From NCBI GenBank assembly GCA_964304625.1, contig OZ199840.1, forward strand, positions 7,757,744 to 7,821,743: a stretch of DNA of 64,000 bases, written 5' to 3'. Shown here one piece after another: positions 11,935 to 25,515 of this stretch. Every line of letters begins with the position of its first letter. Positions within the stretch are counted from its first letter, which is position 1. Both the position numbers and the translations under genes were made by a program. This DNA comes from Kudoa neothunni. Its lineage: Eukaryota > Animalia > Cnidaria. The notes under the pieces were generated by a model, which saw only the letters and a list, made by a program, of their open reading frames with translations, had not been told where the DNA came from and searched no databases.

Positions 11935-14900
11935 TCACAACTCGTAGGTATCGTCGTCGATGTTCCTTCTGTAAACTATTGACCCTATCACTGCCAGTAA
12001 TCCGGCCACAATTGGAATCATTGCGTAAACACTAAAACAGATCAGTTACGAAATATGGCATACTAGTTTACATGTATCTTCCAACAGACCTACAACAAAT
12101 TAAAAATATGTATTATCTACTTAAATTTACGAATTAATATTTTTTGCTGTTTTGTGGTCATGTTTTTCTTTGTTATCTACATTTTTCTTTAGTGTTAATT
12201 GATTTAAAATAAAAATATACTAAAATAAATGTAATTGCAAGAATTAATAAAGATATAATTACCCCCCTTCAACTTTCATAATTACTTTTTGGATTTCATC
12301 GTACACCTCAATATTGGTATATTCGCTCCTTACGTTATGCTCTTCTATAAATTTTCATATTACATGATCAATGGCAATGTAAAATTTACTAAAAATAACA
12401 TTCAACATACATTTAACTATTTATTTTTATTACCCTGTTGATTTCGAAATTTTCAAGTCTTCATCATATAAAATATTATTATTTTGGAGAAATTATTATA
12501 TTTCAAGATTGTAATTTACAAGGAATATCATGGACTCTATAAGTTGACAAGTCCTTTACTTTCACACTTAATTTATAATCCTTTTTCTTCGATAGCCCAT
12601 TGAGACTGATAACGCATCCATTGTCTGAACAATCCTCTTCGTCATTACACCATAGAACTAATGGTTCCTGTTTGTTTTCATCAGTTTTCTCATGTAGCAT
12701 GAATGGACATATAGGGGTACCTTCTTTTTTGTCAAAGGTTACGTTAATTTTTATATCACTATCTTTGTCGTATGTTAACGCAACCTTTGTCTCGATGTTA
12801 GCTATGAACCTTTATTATTAAAGATGAGAAAATATTTTTTACTTGTTGTAATATCAAATGTTTTCCCCCTTCTTCCATAAGATGGTTCGACGTATGCTTC
12901 GTAAGCAACACCCAATTCGAGATTTACTATTTTAAATGAACTATTGCATCTATTCTCGCAAACTCCGATTCCATCACATATAGCCATAAATTTTGGAGAC
13001 GTTTCAACCTTTCTTTTTAGATAAATTCTACATATTGGAAGTGAATTATCAGCTTGAAAGGGTGTCACCATAGCAGTGCCTGCTTTGGTCGCTATATTTG
13101 AATTTTCTACTTCAGTCAACTCAGTTCCACCAGCTAGATATTACGTAAAAAATTATGAGGATTGTAATTAGATTTTACTCGTTCTAAAAGCGATTTTTTT
13201 GACATAAGGTTGATTAAAACCAAGGTTTGTAATTGTTACTGAAATTAAATAATTTGTTCCTGCGGTCAGTTCCGAAATCGAATATGACTCATTACACTTA
13301 GAGTCACAAGCTTGATCGCTACACTGAGCTGTCGTTTCAGTAGATATAGTGTTCGCTCTACTTACTTTAATGATGCATGTTGGTTCAGTATCCCCTTGTT
13401 TAATTTTCGTGTATTCGTCTAAACCAGTAATTTTAACTCCAGCGTTAGTAATTCCACTCAATTCAATGTTTTTGTCTCCCCCTATGAAAAATTAAATTTA
13501 TAAAAAAATTAAGCATTACTTTTAAAATATTGTTTAAATCCATCAGAATCAAATCTTCGTTTAACAATTACACCAATTTTTTGATAGTCTCCTTTCAAAT
13601 TAATAGTAGTATCTTGACAAAGTTTGTAGCAGTCGTTTTCGTTATCTTTACAGACGTTCAAAACATTTTCTGTTTGATCTGCACCATTAGTATCCACCTC
13701 GAATACTTTTATTTGGCACATTTCATCGTTATATGGCCCAGGAAAAAATTTAATTTTAATTTGATTATTGTTATTTGCAACAGCTGCTAGAGAATAAATA
13801 ATCTCCGATTTTAGAGGAATAGTGCTATTCAGGAAGGTTGTATTCGTGAAATAGAATATTCCAGGCCACATAAGTGTTGAGTTAACTTTATAATAACTCA
13901 TGTATCTATCGACTGATAAAGTTGCGGTCTTATCTTCTATTGCATTTGAGTAACTTTTTACATTTAAATTATTCTTTGTCGTATCACTGGATGAGTCTAT
14001 TTGTCCGTCAGCATACATCACCCAATCGGTTTTTGAGTTGGTTTTATAGGCGAAACTGACTTTATCATTAACATGGCTTAGAGTATAAGTATGTTTTTGA
14101 TTGAAATCTATTAAATGATGGATAATATAAAACTATTGTAATTATAAAATGAAATAAGTTCATTTAATGTTTATTATTATTATTTACAATCCAAGAAAAA
14201 TAATTTATTATAGTTACCCATTATTAATGGAAAAACCCTAGCCTTTTTGCAGGTTTTTGCTTCTCCGTCTGTTTCGCCGTAACAAACTGATATATATCGA
14301 TCAATTTTAGAATTAACGTATCCTATATCGACATTATCTTTTGTGCATTCCATTATGCAAAAACTAGTGTCATCATTTGAGGAACAGACTGGTTTTATCA
14401 ATTCAGGATTAACGCCAAAATTTGATATTTTTACTGCACATTTATCATTATTTGGAAATCCCGACAAGGTAATTAATAATTTTCCAATTTCATCTGGAGA
14501 TTTCTGTGTAAGTTTTCCAGTTCGAGAAAATGCTAAGAATATATTACATAGAAAATTTAATTAATTCTACCGGGAATTGAAATTTTAAATGGTGAAGATT
14601 TTCTCTTTACATAAATCATTAGTCGATAATTATACTTGTTGTTGTAGAGCTTATCATCAAAATGAATATCTTTGCATTTTTTGTTGTTCTCATTATTAGT
14701 GTTCGATCCAATATCGCACTCAATACATGATTGTCGTATACGTGTTGGTGAAGCTACACGAAAATTACATTAGTAAAGATATTTTTATTACTATCATCTT
14801 TTTCGTGTACGTAAAATTGATAATAACAATTAATATCCTGATCTTCTAATCTTTGTATTGGTGTTATTATTAGTTTATTTGTTGTAGATTCAGACGAAAT

Positions 14901-17900
14901 ATTGAATTCAATTGAAGTTCCATCTATTTACAATATATATAACGATAAATAAAATTTATACCCGTTTTTTTATTTAAAATCGTTTTAATAGCATAGTTTC
15001 CACTAGGTACAATTTTTATAGCATAGTTAGTATCCGAATGCAACTTAACGATAGTAAACAATGCATTGCATTTATCCAAACATAATTTATTGTCTGAGCA
15101 TATGGCAGGATAATAATGTAGCGTATTTTCCTCTTTTACGTAAATTTTGCAAATATTTTCTAATCCAGAATTTGGTGTAAGTGTGAATCCATCCGAAGTT
15201 GGATTAACATTACTATCTTGAACAGAAAGAGTTTTTGATTGAGCTAAAAAATCTATTATATCATTTTAAAATATTAAAAATTACTTATTTTATGGTAGAA
15301 ATATTTCCTAGGCATATAATTTGACATATGCTTTATTGTTACCATAATATCATTCAACAAATCAGTTGGATTTGGTGTAATACTCATCAACCCAAAGTTA
15401 CATGGATTTATCTCGCTAACAGTTTTCCTCTCGGTTTCGCTAATTAATGGAGCATATGTATTCCAAGATTTCAACTCACATTCTACAGCAAGATCACTAT
15501 TTACATTACCATTTTCGTCCTTATTTTTATTGCTTATATTAATTTTTATTTTTCCACCGTCGGTCGACGTTGTTACAGGGACATCACTACCATGCTTCAC
15601 TAAAATATTTATTTTACTATACATTAATAAAACTTGTACATATATAAATGTTGTTTTGGTAGCTAACAGTGGGATCCATTCCTAATTTAAGAACGCGTAT
15701 TTTTACTGCTTTAACATCTACTGAAATATTTCCAAATGTAACGTTACTACACAAACTATAAACGCAGTTTGCGTTGTTCTCGCAAGCGTTTGAAAAAAAT
15801 CTATTAGGCGATGAGCTAGTCGCATCAATCCATTCAAAGGTGCATATTTCAGAAGGTTCTTCGTTAATCAATTTTATCGTCAGTTTATCGTTTGCATCAT
15901 TTACCGCTAATTCATAATAAAATCTGCTAAATACAGGTGCGTATTTTTTAATAAAAGAATTGTCGTAGAAATAGTGGAAGTCGAAATATTTTGAGCAACT
16001 TAAGTAGTAGTCTTCAACTAGTTCGTCGAATTGAATAGAATAACCGTCAGGGGTACAACTTAAGTCAGATTGAGTTCTAGAGAAGGAACATAGCTTTGTT
16101 TTATCCTTGTATCCATCGCAGCTTAAAGGGCATTTGTTTACAGAAAATTTGATTTTGTCTTCATGCAACGTTACTGTATGCGTTATCTCCTCATAATGAT
16201 CTTAAAAAAATTTAAAGAAATTACTAAAATTAATAATACCTATGTAATACGAAAAGACCCGCCCAGCAGTAAAAGTAACAGATTCTGGATTCGAATTTTT
16301 TGTTGTTCCTGTTGACTGTGGATTCTGAACAAATTTGTCGATAACGTAAAAAATATTTACACAAATTAAGTCGATAATTACTTTATCAGTATCTAATGTA
16401 AGCATCCCTGATGAACTAAAGTCAGGTGTTTTAGTTTCTAGATAAGTGACTGAAATATAATTTAGCTTATTTTGGTTATTATAATTAATAGAAAATTCTC
16501 CATTAAGCTGATTGCAAGTTTTTTTAATTTCCTTTTCATCATCACCACCACTCACATAATTAATGAATTCCTCATTAGATATTTTAATTGTGCATTCTTT
16601 ATCATTATTAGCGTACAAATCATTCTTGAATTTTGCGTTATACTCTTTCTTTTCCGAATCATATCGTATAATCATTTTTAGATCATCATAAACAGATTCC
16701 CCTAAAAAAATACATTTATTTTTTCTATTTATTTATTACTAAATATTTCAGTTTTCGATGGCAAAGCATAATCTGTATTAATTACAACTATTTCGTAAGC
16801 AATATCATGTGTGAGAGTTTCCCATTGAACATCTATCACATTAGATGTTACAGCGGGAGCACAATCGTTGTTCAAACAATCAAGTATCGTCGTTAAAGAT
16901 TCTTTTTCTATTATTATGAATTTCCAAGAATCTCCAAGGTTTCCATCTGGATAAGCAGACATTGTGACAGTCACTTTTTGCGAGTTATCATCACTTGATT
17001 TTCGTGCGTTTACAACGATCCCATTAGCTGTTTAAAATAATTATTATGCCATCATTTATATTGAATACTAGTAATTTGAGAGGTATCAGCACAGGTATAA
17101 CCTTTAGAGCAAACAGTGATTTTGTAGTTCGTTATTGGATTAAGGTTTACAATGGTAAAGGGACCAGCACAAGTATCAGAACAAAACATTTTTTGTTTAT
17201 TTTTTTCACATGTAGCAGGAAACTTTGATGCTTCGTTTTCAACGTCAAAATAGTATAGTTCACATATAGCACCACTATTAGACCCAGTAGCAAAAAGGTT
17301 GGCGATAGTTAGCGATAGTTGCGTATTTTCGGTATTAATATTAGTTGTTGTGATTGGATTTCCACTTTGAAATTCATTCCCTAATTAACCATCTAATTTA
17401 ACATTTAAATATCATATTACCATTAGTTTTAAAATAAAAGTATCGATGGTAATGTTTCACTTCAGGTGAATCTAAGGTTGTTAACCCCGTTATTTTAACT
17501 TTTAGAATGTATTCAGTTAACGGTGAAAGTCCTGTTATAGTTTTTTGAGCGAAACCGTTACAACCACCGTTACATGTTGCATCTTTGCCAACATTTTCAA
17601 TCCCAAAATGTTTTTCCATTATTTTTACTTCCGTAATCATTGCCCCCTCCACTGCAGTGCCACCTTCGTTTTTTTTCAAATCAGATAAATCAAGTTTTAC
17701 TTCGTCATTATTATTTGTATGGGTAACTGAAAGTTGATTACTATCAACTACAAAATCAATCAAAAATATAAAGAAATTAAATTAATACATGTCACAGTTT
17801 GAATAAATTCTTTTGATGTTGATTGACCAATTGATTTTACAAGTACTTGAGCGAATTTAAAAGCAATATCATGTAGCAATGTCGCTTTATAGCACGGCTG

Positions 17901-18840
17901 TAGGCATGGGCCAGCTTTATTTATACTTGAGCAATAGGACGAAAAGTGTGAATCGTTAATTTCTTTTATACCGAAGTAACATATCTTTGATGGTTCTGGG
18001 TTCTGTAGTTGTATTGTATAGTAATATTTCGAATTACGCTGTCCTTTTTTCCCTGTTGCAATAAACCAATCTTCAGCCGGTTTTTTAGGATTAAGAAATA
18101 TTTCAGGAGATTGATCATTGAATTCAACAAAATATTTTGGTTGATACGACTTTGTATGAAGAGTTATAGTTTTCACAGCGTAAAAGGCATTGTCGGAATC
18201 CAATTTAGTTTCTTCTTCACCGTCAATTTTGATAGAAAAGCCCTTATTAATTTTTCTTTTGGCGGAAACAGAAAATTGGTAATTATTCTTTACCACAGTA
18301 TGAACACTCTTTATATAAAGGTCTATCATATAATATTTTTAGAATAATAAATCTTATTTAAATACCTTTGACTTTAAATACCCTCTTAACAAGGCATCTT
18401 TCTACATCATCTTCGCTTTTCCCTTGACACCATCTTAAATATTTAATTTTCTTAAATGCATTGTAGTCAAACTTCATTTCGACTTTTTTGCAATCATAAA
18501 TGCATTGGTTTGAACCGTCAACAAGTTTAGCGTTAGCATTTAATATATCAGCAGTACAGGTTGGAATAGCTTTAAGTATCGAATTATCTTTATCATAATA
18601 CTGCAAAGCACATTTTCTGTGACTATTTTCAATGTTATATCCAGAAAAAGAGAAAATAAATTTTTTTGGGTCTGATTGAAAATTCTGTTTCATTATATTA
18701 TTATCAATATCGTGTGTAATGACAAATTTTCCCCCTAAAACTAACAAAAATTAGATATTATAAAGAATTAAAAAATTACTAGTAAAATACAAGATGCACA
18801 TTGTAGAAAAATACATGAACCTCTCTGATATTACTGTCAT
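11935..18840 (-). CDS. Large (~1,900 aa) type I membrane protein with ~16-18 tandem Cys-containing FN3-like modules; orphan
   Basis: About 22 exons, mostly phase 1. Signal-like N-terminus MTVISERFMYFSTMCILYFTILG (ATG 18840). FN3 E-F strand motifs TITGLSPLTEYILKV, VNLNPITNYKITV, SELTAGTNYLISV, VNLELGVAYEAYV, NGLSKKKDYKLSV. TM segment IVYAMIPIVAGLLAVIGSIVY and tail RRNIDDDTYEL* (stop 11935-11937). One junction near 12433 does not phase cleanly. Confidence 0.8.
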
Positions 18841-20182
18841 TTTTTGAGACGAGAATAACTTTAATAGTATTTATATCTATGAATGTGCGTATGTATTGTT
18901 AGTTAAGAACGAAAAATCTATTGATTTCATTCGGTCGGAAAAATTAATTCCCAAGTTTTCTATTTGATAATAATAATAATTATATTGATAACTTGAATAC
19001 AATAAACACCATAAACAACTATTATATTGATGATATTGTTATTATTATTATTAAGCGGACCCATGTTTTCTAAATTTATATTTAATTAAAAAAAATTTTT
19101 TAAAATATATATCGAGAAATATTATTCTACACTGAGTAATATATTATCCGTTTATTCAATGTGATTTTAAATGTTGTATCATTTTTGTTATTGATAGTAT
19201 TTTACGTACTTATTCCACACAAGCTCAAACAAGAATTCATATTAATTTTATTATAATTATATTAAATTTTTAATAGTTAAAAAATATTTATAGAGAAAAT
19301 ATGCAATTTTTTTTATCGTTAACACACAAATTGTCGACATTGAGATTAATTTTAAGAATACTGTAAAAACTATGGTTTTGAGTATTCTGGAAATTTGTCA
19401 AGATATTTTATCTAATTCATTCTGAGTTTTACGAATTATATTAATTGTAATTAATATTGATGTAAGGGAAGTTATTATTAATACGAAAAATTCCATCCTC
19501 TAAGGGGCTTGGGATGAAAAACATCCCAGGATTTTTTTTCTTAAATTTACTCAGAAAACAATTTTGAATTTACTTGAGAATTTTTAGTATATTCTATAGA
19601 TAGAATTTGGAGTATATTTACATCTATTACAAACTTAATATGGTTCGACTCAATCTTCGTGGATTATTTTCAACGAGTGATAAGGCCTTGCCTTAAGTAA
19701 TCTAAATGACAAGTTATTATCTAACTTAAAACTAAGGGAATGGTTATCATCAAAAAATTCACTGAAGGCGCTCATCTTAATTCACCCACCGGAGTGGTCC
19801 AACTATTCCAAGCTTCTTGCTCAAATAATCTCATTTTTCTACATAACCCTAATTGGCGCTTAGTTAAAATAAAATCTTCGAGGAAATATTCTTCAACATT
19901 ATAATTAAAAAATAAACTTTTGTTAGTTATTAAAACCTGATATATCTGACAAAATTGATGTTTCTCCGTCCATCTGATAGGAGAACCTCAATATTAATCA
20001 AGGGGAAACATTCGAGTGATCGACGAAGAATGCCGCACTGGATTAGGTGAGATACTAGTTGAAGATTTTCCTGGAAATTTGTTGATAGAATTTTACAGGA
20101 TTTCTCATTTAATTATTTATAATGTTTCAAGTTAATATAAGTAAAAAAACCTTTTGGTGTTTTCACCCCAAACCCGTTAGAG

Positions 20183-21771
20183 CAGGGTTCTCAACCGGGG
20201 GTAAAATTTAGATAACAGGAGGTAAATTAAGTAAAATCAAAATCGGATTGGGGAAATTTTTGCATTATGGGTAGTGACGTATTTCAGGGTTTCTAAGGAA
20301 TTATATTATTAAGGACTATTAGACTCAATAAGAATTAGGCAGATATTCTTAAAATGTTTTTAGGAATAATTGTTTAAAAACTATTTACAAAACTCTTATC
20401 AATCTCTTTCTTTTACGCCTCGTTTATCTTTTAGTGGTGTAACCTAATACAGTAGGTAACCAATTTCACGCACTTTTTAAAAACCAATTTAGTTAGAATA
20501 TTTATTACTCATTATTTACATAATATGTTTCTTATAATATTTCAATCAAAAATTATATAAAAATTATTTTAAAAAGTTGCTAAATAACGTAATTAAAAGT
20601 CACGTGATTGACCTAACTCCACGCACTTTTCCTGGGTGCTTCTTGTTTATTATTTTGTTAAATCAATATTTAATGCCAAAAATTCCTATAACTATACCTA
20701 TTGTCGAAGAGTACAATAATACTAATTCTTATGAAAGTCTTCAATCTAACAACCCAAAAACTGTCACTATATCACATTTTAAAATACCTATTATCCCGAC
20801 TCCTAATGGCTTCCTAAAGATGAAAAAAAAATAATCAAAACCTATAAATGATTGTGTAATCTAAAAATAGAAATCATTTGCATGCAAGACAATTTAATTC
20901 TGTTGATGAAAGTGTATATGAGTGGATTGGGTGGACGCGAAGCAGAAAGATTGTAGTAAGTGTCGTCACGATAATTATCAAGAGAAATCAATTGGTCGAA
21001 GAAAAAGGTTTATCTTCGTGTGCAATTCGTGGTGGGTTTCGCTCTTTTAAAAAAAGGTCCAATATTAACAAATCAAATTTTATTAGCTAATCTACTGTTG
21101 CTACATCTGAAACTACTTCAGAGTAGACCAATAAAATCAGAACTTTTTTGAAAGATACTCTGAAAATTTTATTTACAATGTAAATGAAACTGCCTTATTC
21201 CACCGATAGCAACAAGGGGAATATTTCATAGATCGTTGAAAAATTAATATATAGTTAATTAGCCTTTATAAACGCAATTTAATCATAATTAAATGCCGAT
21301 TTATTCTGAAATGATTACGCACGAAAGTGTGTGAAATTGGACGTGACCGGTTTTACGCACTTATTTCCTTGGTCCCGAGGGGATTACGTGAAATTGGGTT
21401 TTTACTGTAATAATACTTAAAATAACTATTTTCTTGGATAACAATATCCGTATATTATTAGTTTTACCCAGTTTTAATTATTTTTATTCCATAAGAACGA
21501 AGTAATGGGAAAGAACTAATTTTATTTGGCAAAATTTAAAAAATTAAACCTGTGTAAAGCTTGTGAGCAAGAGATGATGGGATTAAAAATTGTCATTATG
21601 TATGTGTGCATGCCATTTAAGACCAGAATTTACCCCTTAAATAGTCTGCTATAGCTAAGCCAATATAAAAACTTAAAATAAATATGAATTTGATTTCCAA
21701 GTTAAAGGGGGAAATTTTGTTTGTTCGCTAGGCCGAGGGGGTAAATTTGAAAAAACAGTTGAGAATCCCTG
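20183..21771. mobile_element. hAT-type MITE (middle element of the nest)
   Basis: CAGGGTTCTCAAC...GTTGAGAATCCCTG ends. 8-bp TSD CGTTAGAG/TGTTGGAG. A related copy lies at 59686. Confidence 0.75.
20450..21407 (+). mobile_element. pogo/Tigger-like element with decayed transposase (inner element of the nest)
   Basis: TA|CAGTAGGTAACCAATTTCACG...CGTGAAATTGGGTTTTTACTG|TA. Remnants of the CENP-B-type HTH (VDESVYEWI..R..GFRSFKKR) and of the first catalytic motif (IYNVNETALF). Confidence 0.75.
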
Positions 21772-23099
21772 TGTTGGAGAATGGAATTAGTTGGGGTCAT
21801 GACTTGAACTTATATTTTAGCAACGTTTTTGATATGTGGTACGTTTAATAAATATAGGAAAATAGCGTAAATTTCAATTTTCTATGAGAAGGCTGTAAAA
21901 TTTTATTCCCAAATTAAACATGGTTTTAAAATATACAATCGCTATATCTTCTTATCTAGTATACTCTATAATCGATTATATTTCGATAAAATTTTATTGC
22001 ATATCTCTATGCAATAGGTAACCGGTTTTCCGTAACTTTCCGCGTGCAATAATAAAAAAGTATGGCAGTGGCTATTGTAACGGATCTGTTTAATCCACAT
22101 GCTCGGAGCGTCTTTTGCAACGAGAGGAAATTACTCCTAAACTAACATGTTTATAAAAATTTTAACTTCATTTTCCTAATAAATGATTTTGTCGTTAAAT
22201 AATTTTTACTTTTTGAAGGAAGATGGTATGGGGGAATTTTCAAGGCTGTTTCTGGAAATTGAGCCATTACATAACGACATTTTGATTTGATAGATCACAG
22301 AAATAATAACATAAGCTTTCTGAAACAATAAACTATTGAAATTGCAAAAATTTCCTGTATATTGTATGTTTTCTGTAATATGAATTACCAAGTGCAGGAG
22401 CACGCGCTATCGTGTAAGACTTAATAAATTAATGGTATTGGTTCCTCTGTTGGTTAACATCTCTCTGATTTTATACGTTCTATTATTGAAAATTATAACC
22501 TTATTTATTAAACATTTTTTCTCAAATTTTATAAGACGAACAATTTGTACTAGTGTGTAACTCTTTCTATTTAAAGCAATGTTTTACTTAATTTATAAAA
22601 TCAATAATAATTTTTTATTTTGATTCAGATTTAAATTGATTTATGTTGAACAAAGAGTCTTGAAAATTGATTATCGTCTAAACATATTGTGGTTATTAAG
22701 AATCAATAAAAATTATAAGTTGGATGAAATTTTAAATTGATGTAGTATCACTTACTCAACTTTGTACATGCTTAGTGTCTAATTATTTCGGCGAGATAAG
22801 TGAAATTCAGTTGAGCAAGATATTCTCAAACAATAAGTCTGTAAGCATTACTACTGTTAACAAGTATTATATGTAAATGAAGATTCAGATTTATCAAATA
22901 GAAACCCATTTTTATAAAATTATAATGGTATTATTGAACTCTCATCAGAGAAACCACCAGCTTGGTCTTAGGACAAAAACGACCTATTTTTGGAGGAATA
23001 ATTCCTATTAAGCAAGAAAAATATTTTGAAATCTAAGGATATGTATAAATTATCGTGAGCTAATTTATTATGATTTGGCGTTATCTTGTCCATCTAAAG

Positions 23100-24060
23100 C
23101 AGGGGTATTCAAACTTTTTTTTGTCGACCTCTCTCCGAAATCTTACTCAAAATATTAGAGTATATTCATTTTTTTGACTAGAACAATTAAACATATGTGT
23201 AATTTAGCCCATCAATATTCTATTTCCAATATATAATAAAGTGTGAAATTATATTAACCCCCAAAAATGCTTTTATTAACGATGTAACATCAAAATTTAT
23301 TAGAAAATTTACCACACTGAATCTATTTTTGATCATAAATCATATTTAATCGACTTACCATGTTATTTCGCTTGTATATGATTATAGTTACATAATTTTG
23401 CACATATATAAATACAATGGCAAATTTTTACATTAAAGTACGCATATATATATATATATAGAAAAGTTAATATTTATTCATGGCTTTCTCTAAAAGTTAA
23501 TAGGCATATCTTAATCATTACCCAAGGATTATGTTTCTTAGCTTGAGGGCGCTTGAAGAATTTTTGAAGTGTCCACAGGGGTTCCAACGACACTTACAGA
23601 TTATTATATTTATTTTCGTAACTTTTGTAATTACGATTCAAATCAATTTTAAAAATTAGACCTATTTTTCTTAGTCGATTATAAACTTAAAATAAACTAT
23701 CGTTATTGTTTCAAAAATTGTTTATAACAATGAGTGCTGTTGACCATTAATATTTAAGAAAAATAAAGCCAGTGTATTCACTTGTTTTTGTGAGCTACTA
23801 AGTATCTGTAAATAAATGAAAAACATTGAATTACATATCTAGGAAAGGTGGCGTTTGATTTTAACTTAAAAAACAAATGTCATGGGGTAGTAATAATTAA
23901 TATAATTAAATAATGTAGTATGGAGTAGGAAGATGGGGAGCATTACCTTAAAAATTCATAAAATTCATTGGAATCTCTATAACACGCATCAACCCCCATT
24001 CGATCCATAGCGTAATTATCGACCCCCTAGAAGTTCTCATCACCACTTTGGAGACTCCTG
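23100..24060. mobile_element. hAT-type MITE
   Basis: CAGGGGTATTCAAAC...CTTTGGAGACTCCTG ends. 8-bp TSD ATCTAAAG/ATCTAAAA. Confidence 0.7.
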
Positions 24061-24877
24061 ATCTAAAATAAAGAGCACTGAGTGTCCTAGAGAGTCTAGA
24101 TTAACAGTTGTTGGTATTTGTATAAAGAGAAAAAAATTAATTATATGTGTGAAATAATGATTCTCAGTTGAAATAAAAAATTTTCTTTGCGTTACTAACA
24201 ACCAAATAAATTGCAGTATGATAAAAATAATATATTGTTATATAGCGAAAAGATAGATCATTTGATATGTAGAATATTAAACTCGAACAAGTAAAAATAT
24301 AATCTTATAGGGTTATGTAAACAGTGCATTATTTATGAACTTAGGAGTTATAGCGCTGCTTGAATCATGCGCACCCCAGGAAATTTGCATTAATAATTGT
24401 TGATACTTCGCTTTGCATTATCCATATTGCTCAGAATTAGAACAAATATAATTACATTTATAAATTAAAAATTGCTATTGAAGGATATAAAAATAATTTT
24501 TAACCATTGAATTCATTATCCTAAAATAAGAAAATTTGTTGTCTTGGATTTCTTTTAAAATAGTTTAACATTTTAGCGAAAAAATCATTTATTAGGAAAA
24601 TAAAGTTGAAATTTTTATAAACATGTTAGTTTAGGAATAATTTCCTCCCGTTGCAATAGCCACTGCTATAATAATAAATCCTAAATGGTCCATTGCTACA
24701 ATGGAAATATGCATGGCAATTGATGCTGAAAATCTTATTTCTGATATTTTGGTATAAACAGGTATTTTTGATTTGAAAACATATTTGCTTTCATATATTT
24801 TTGGTAGGTTCATTCAAGATTTACTATCGATATGTCTCTTATAATCTAAAACAGAAATATTATAATTATTGTTGTTA

Positions 24878-25066
24878 TTAATATTTATAACCTTCATGAT
24901 CCTCAACTGCTAATACTTTAAGCTGAAATAAGGTATTACACCAACTACAAAAACATTTATTTGAAGATTTCTCGTACTGAAGCCAAAATCGATTAGTTTT
25001 CCATTTATCTTGAAATGCACGTCGAATGTCTAATTTTATTATAATGTTTTGTGATGCGTCAGTCAT
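24878..25066 (-). pseudogene. hAT transposase N-terminal zinc-finger (TTF/BED-type) remnant
   Basis: RAFQDKWKTNRFWLQYEKSSNKCFCSWC fits the RxFxxxW..WLxY..FCxxC pattern and is followed by stops. Confidence 0.5.
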
Positions 25067-25334
25067 TTTAAAATTAAGGTTGACAAAAAATAGGACTAAT
25101 TTTACTAGTTTGTCTGAAATCGGACATCGTTGACAACGTTGTGTATGTCTATTTCTGTATCTTTGTTAAATACGTCAGTACGAAAAAATTTACTCCAGAC
25201 AGAAATAAATATTTGTAACTTTTAAAGTTTAATATATTTAACAAAATTTGTTCACTTATTGTTACGATGGTTGGTTATATAAAGGATGTAACCACTCTTA
25301 ATGCATGCGTAATCAGCAGAAGAACCGCCTAGAA

Positions 25335-25515
25335 CAGGGGTGCCCGCACCTTAGGAGGTGCGAAGTTTGGTCTCAGGTGGTGCGAGATCCGACCAAAATT
25401 GAAAATAATTGTTGATAAATTATAGGTCAGTTACACCTTATCGTATGCAATGGGATGCGAAATTCGTTTTGTCATAAAATGGGGGTGCGAGTCCAGTTTT
25501 ATTTGGGAAGCGCTG
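25335..25515. mobile_element. Short hAT-type MITE (181 bp)
   Basis: CAGGGGTGCCC...GGGAAGCGCTG ends. TSD GCCTAGAA/CCCTAGAA. Internal GGTGCGA repeats. Confidence 0.65.

Larger units (their letters stand above)
19489..21788. mobile_element. Outer unclassified TIR element of a triple nest
   Basis: Left TIR AATTCCATCCTCTAAGGGGCTTGGGATGAAAA. Right TIR TTTTCACCCCAAACCCGTTAGAG|AATGGAATT is split by the hAT MITE insertion. Confidence 0.65.
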
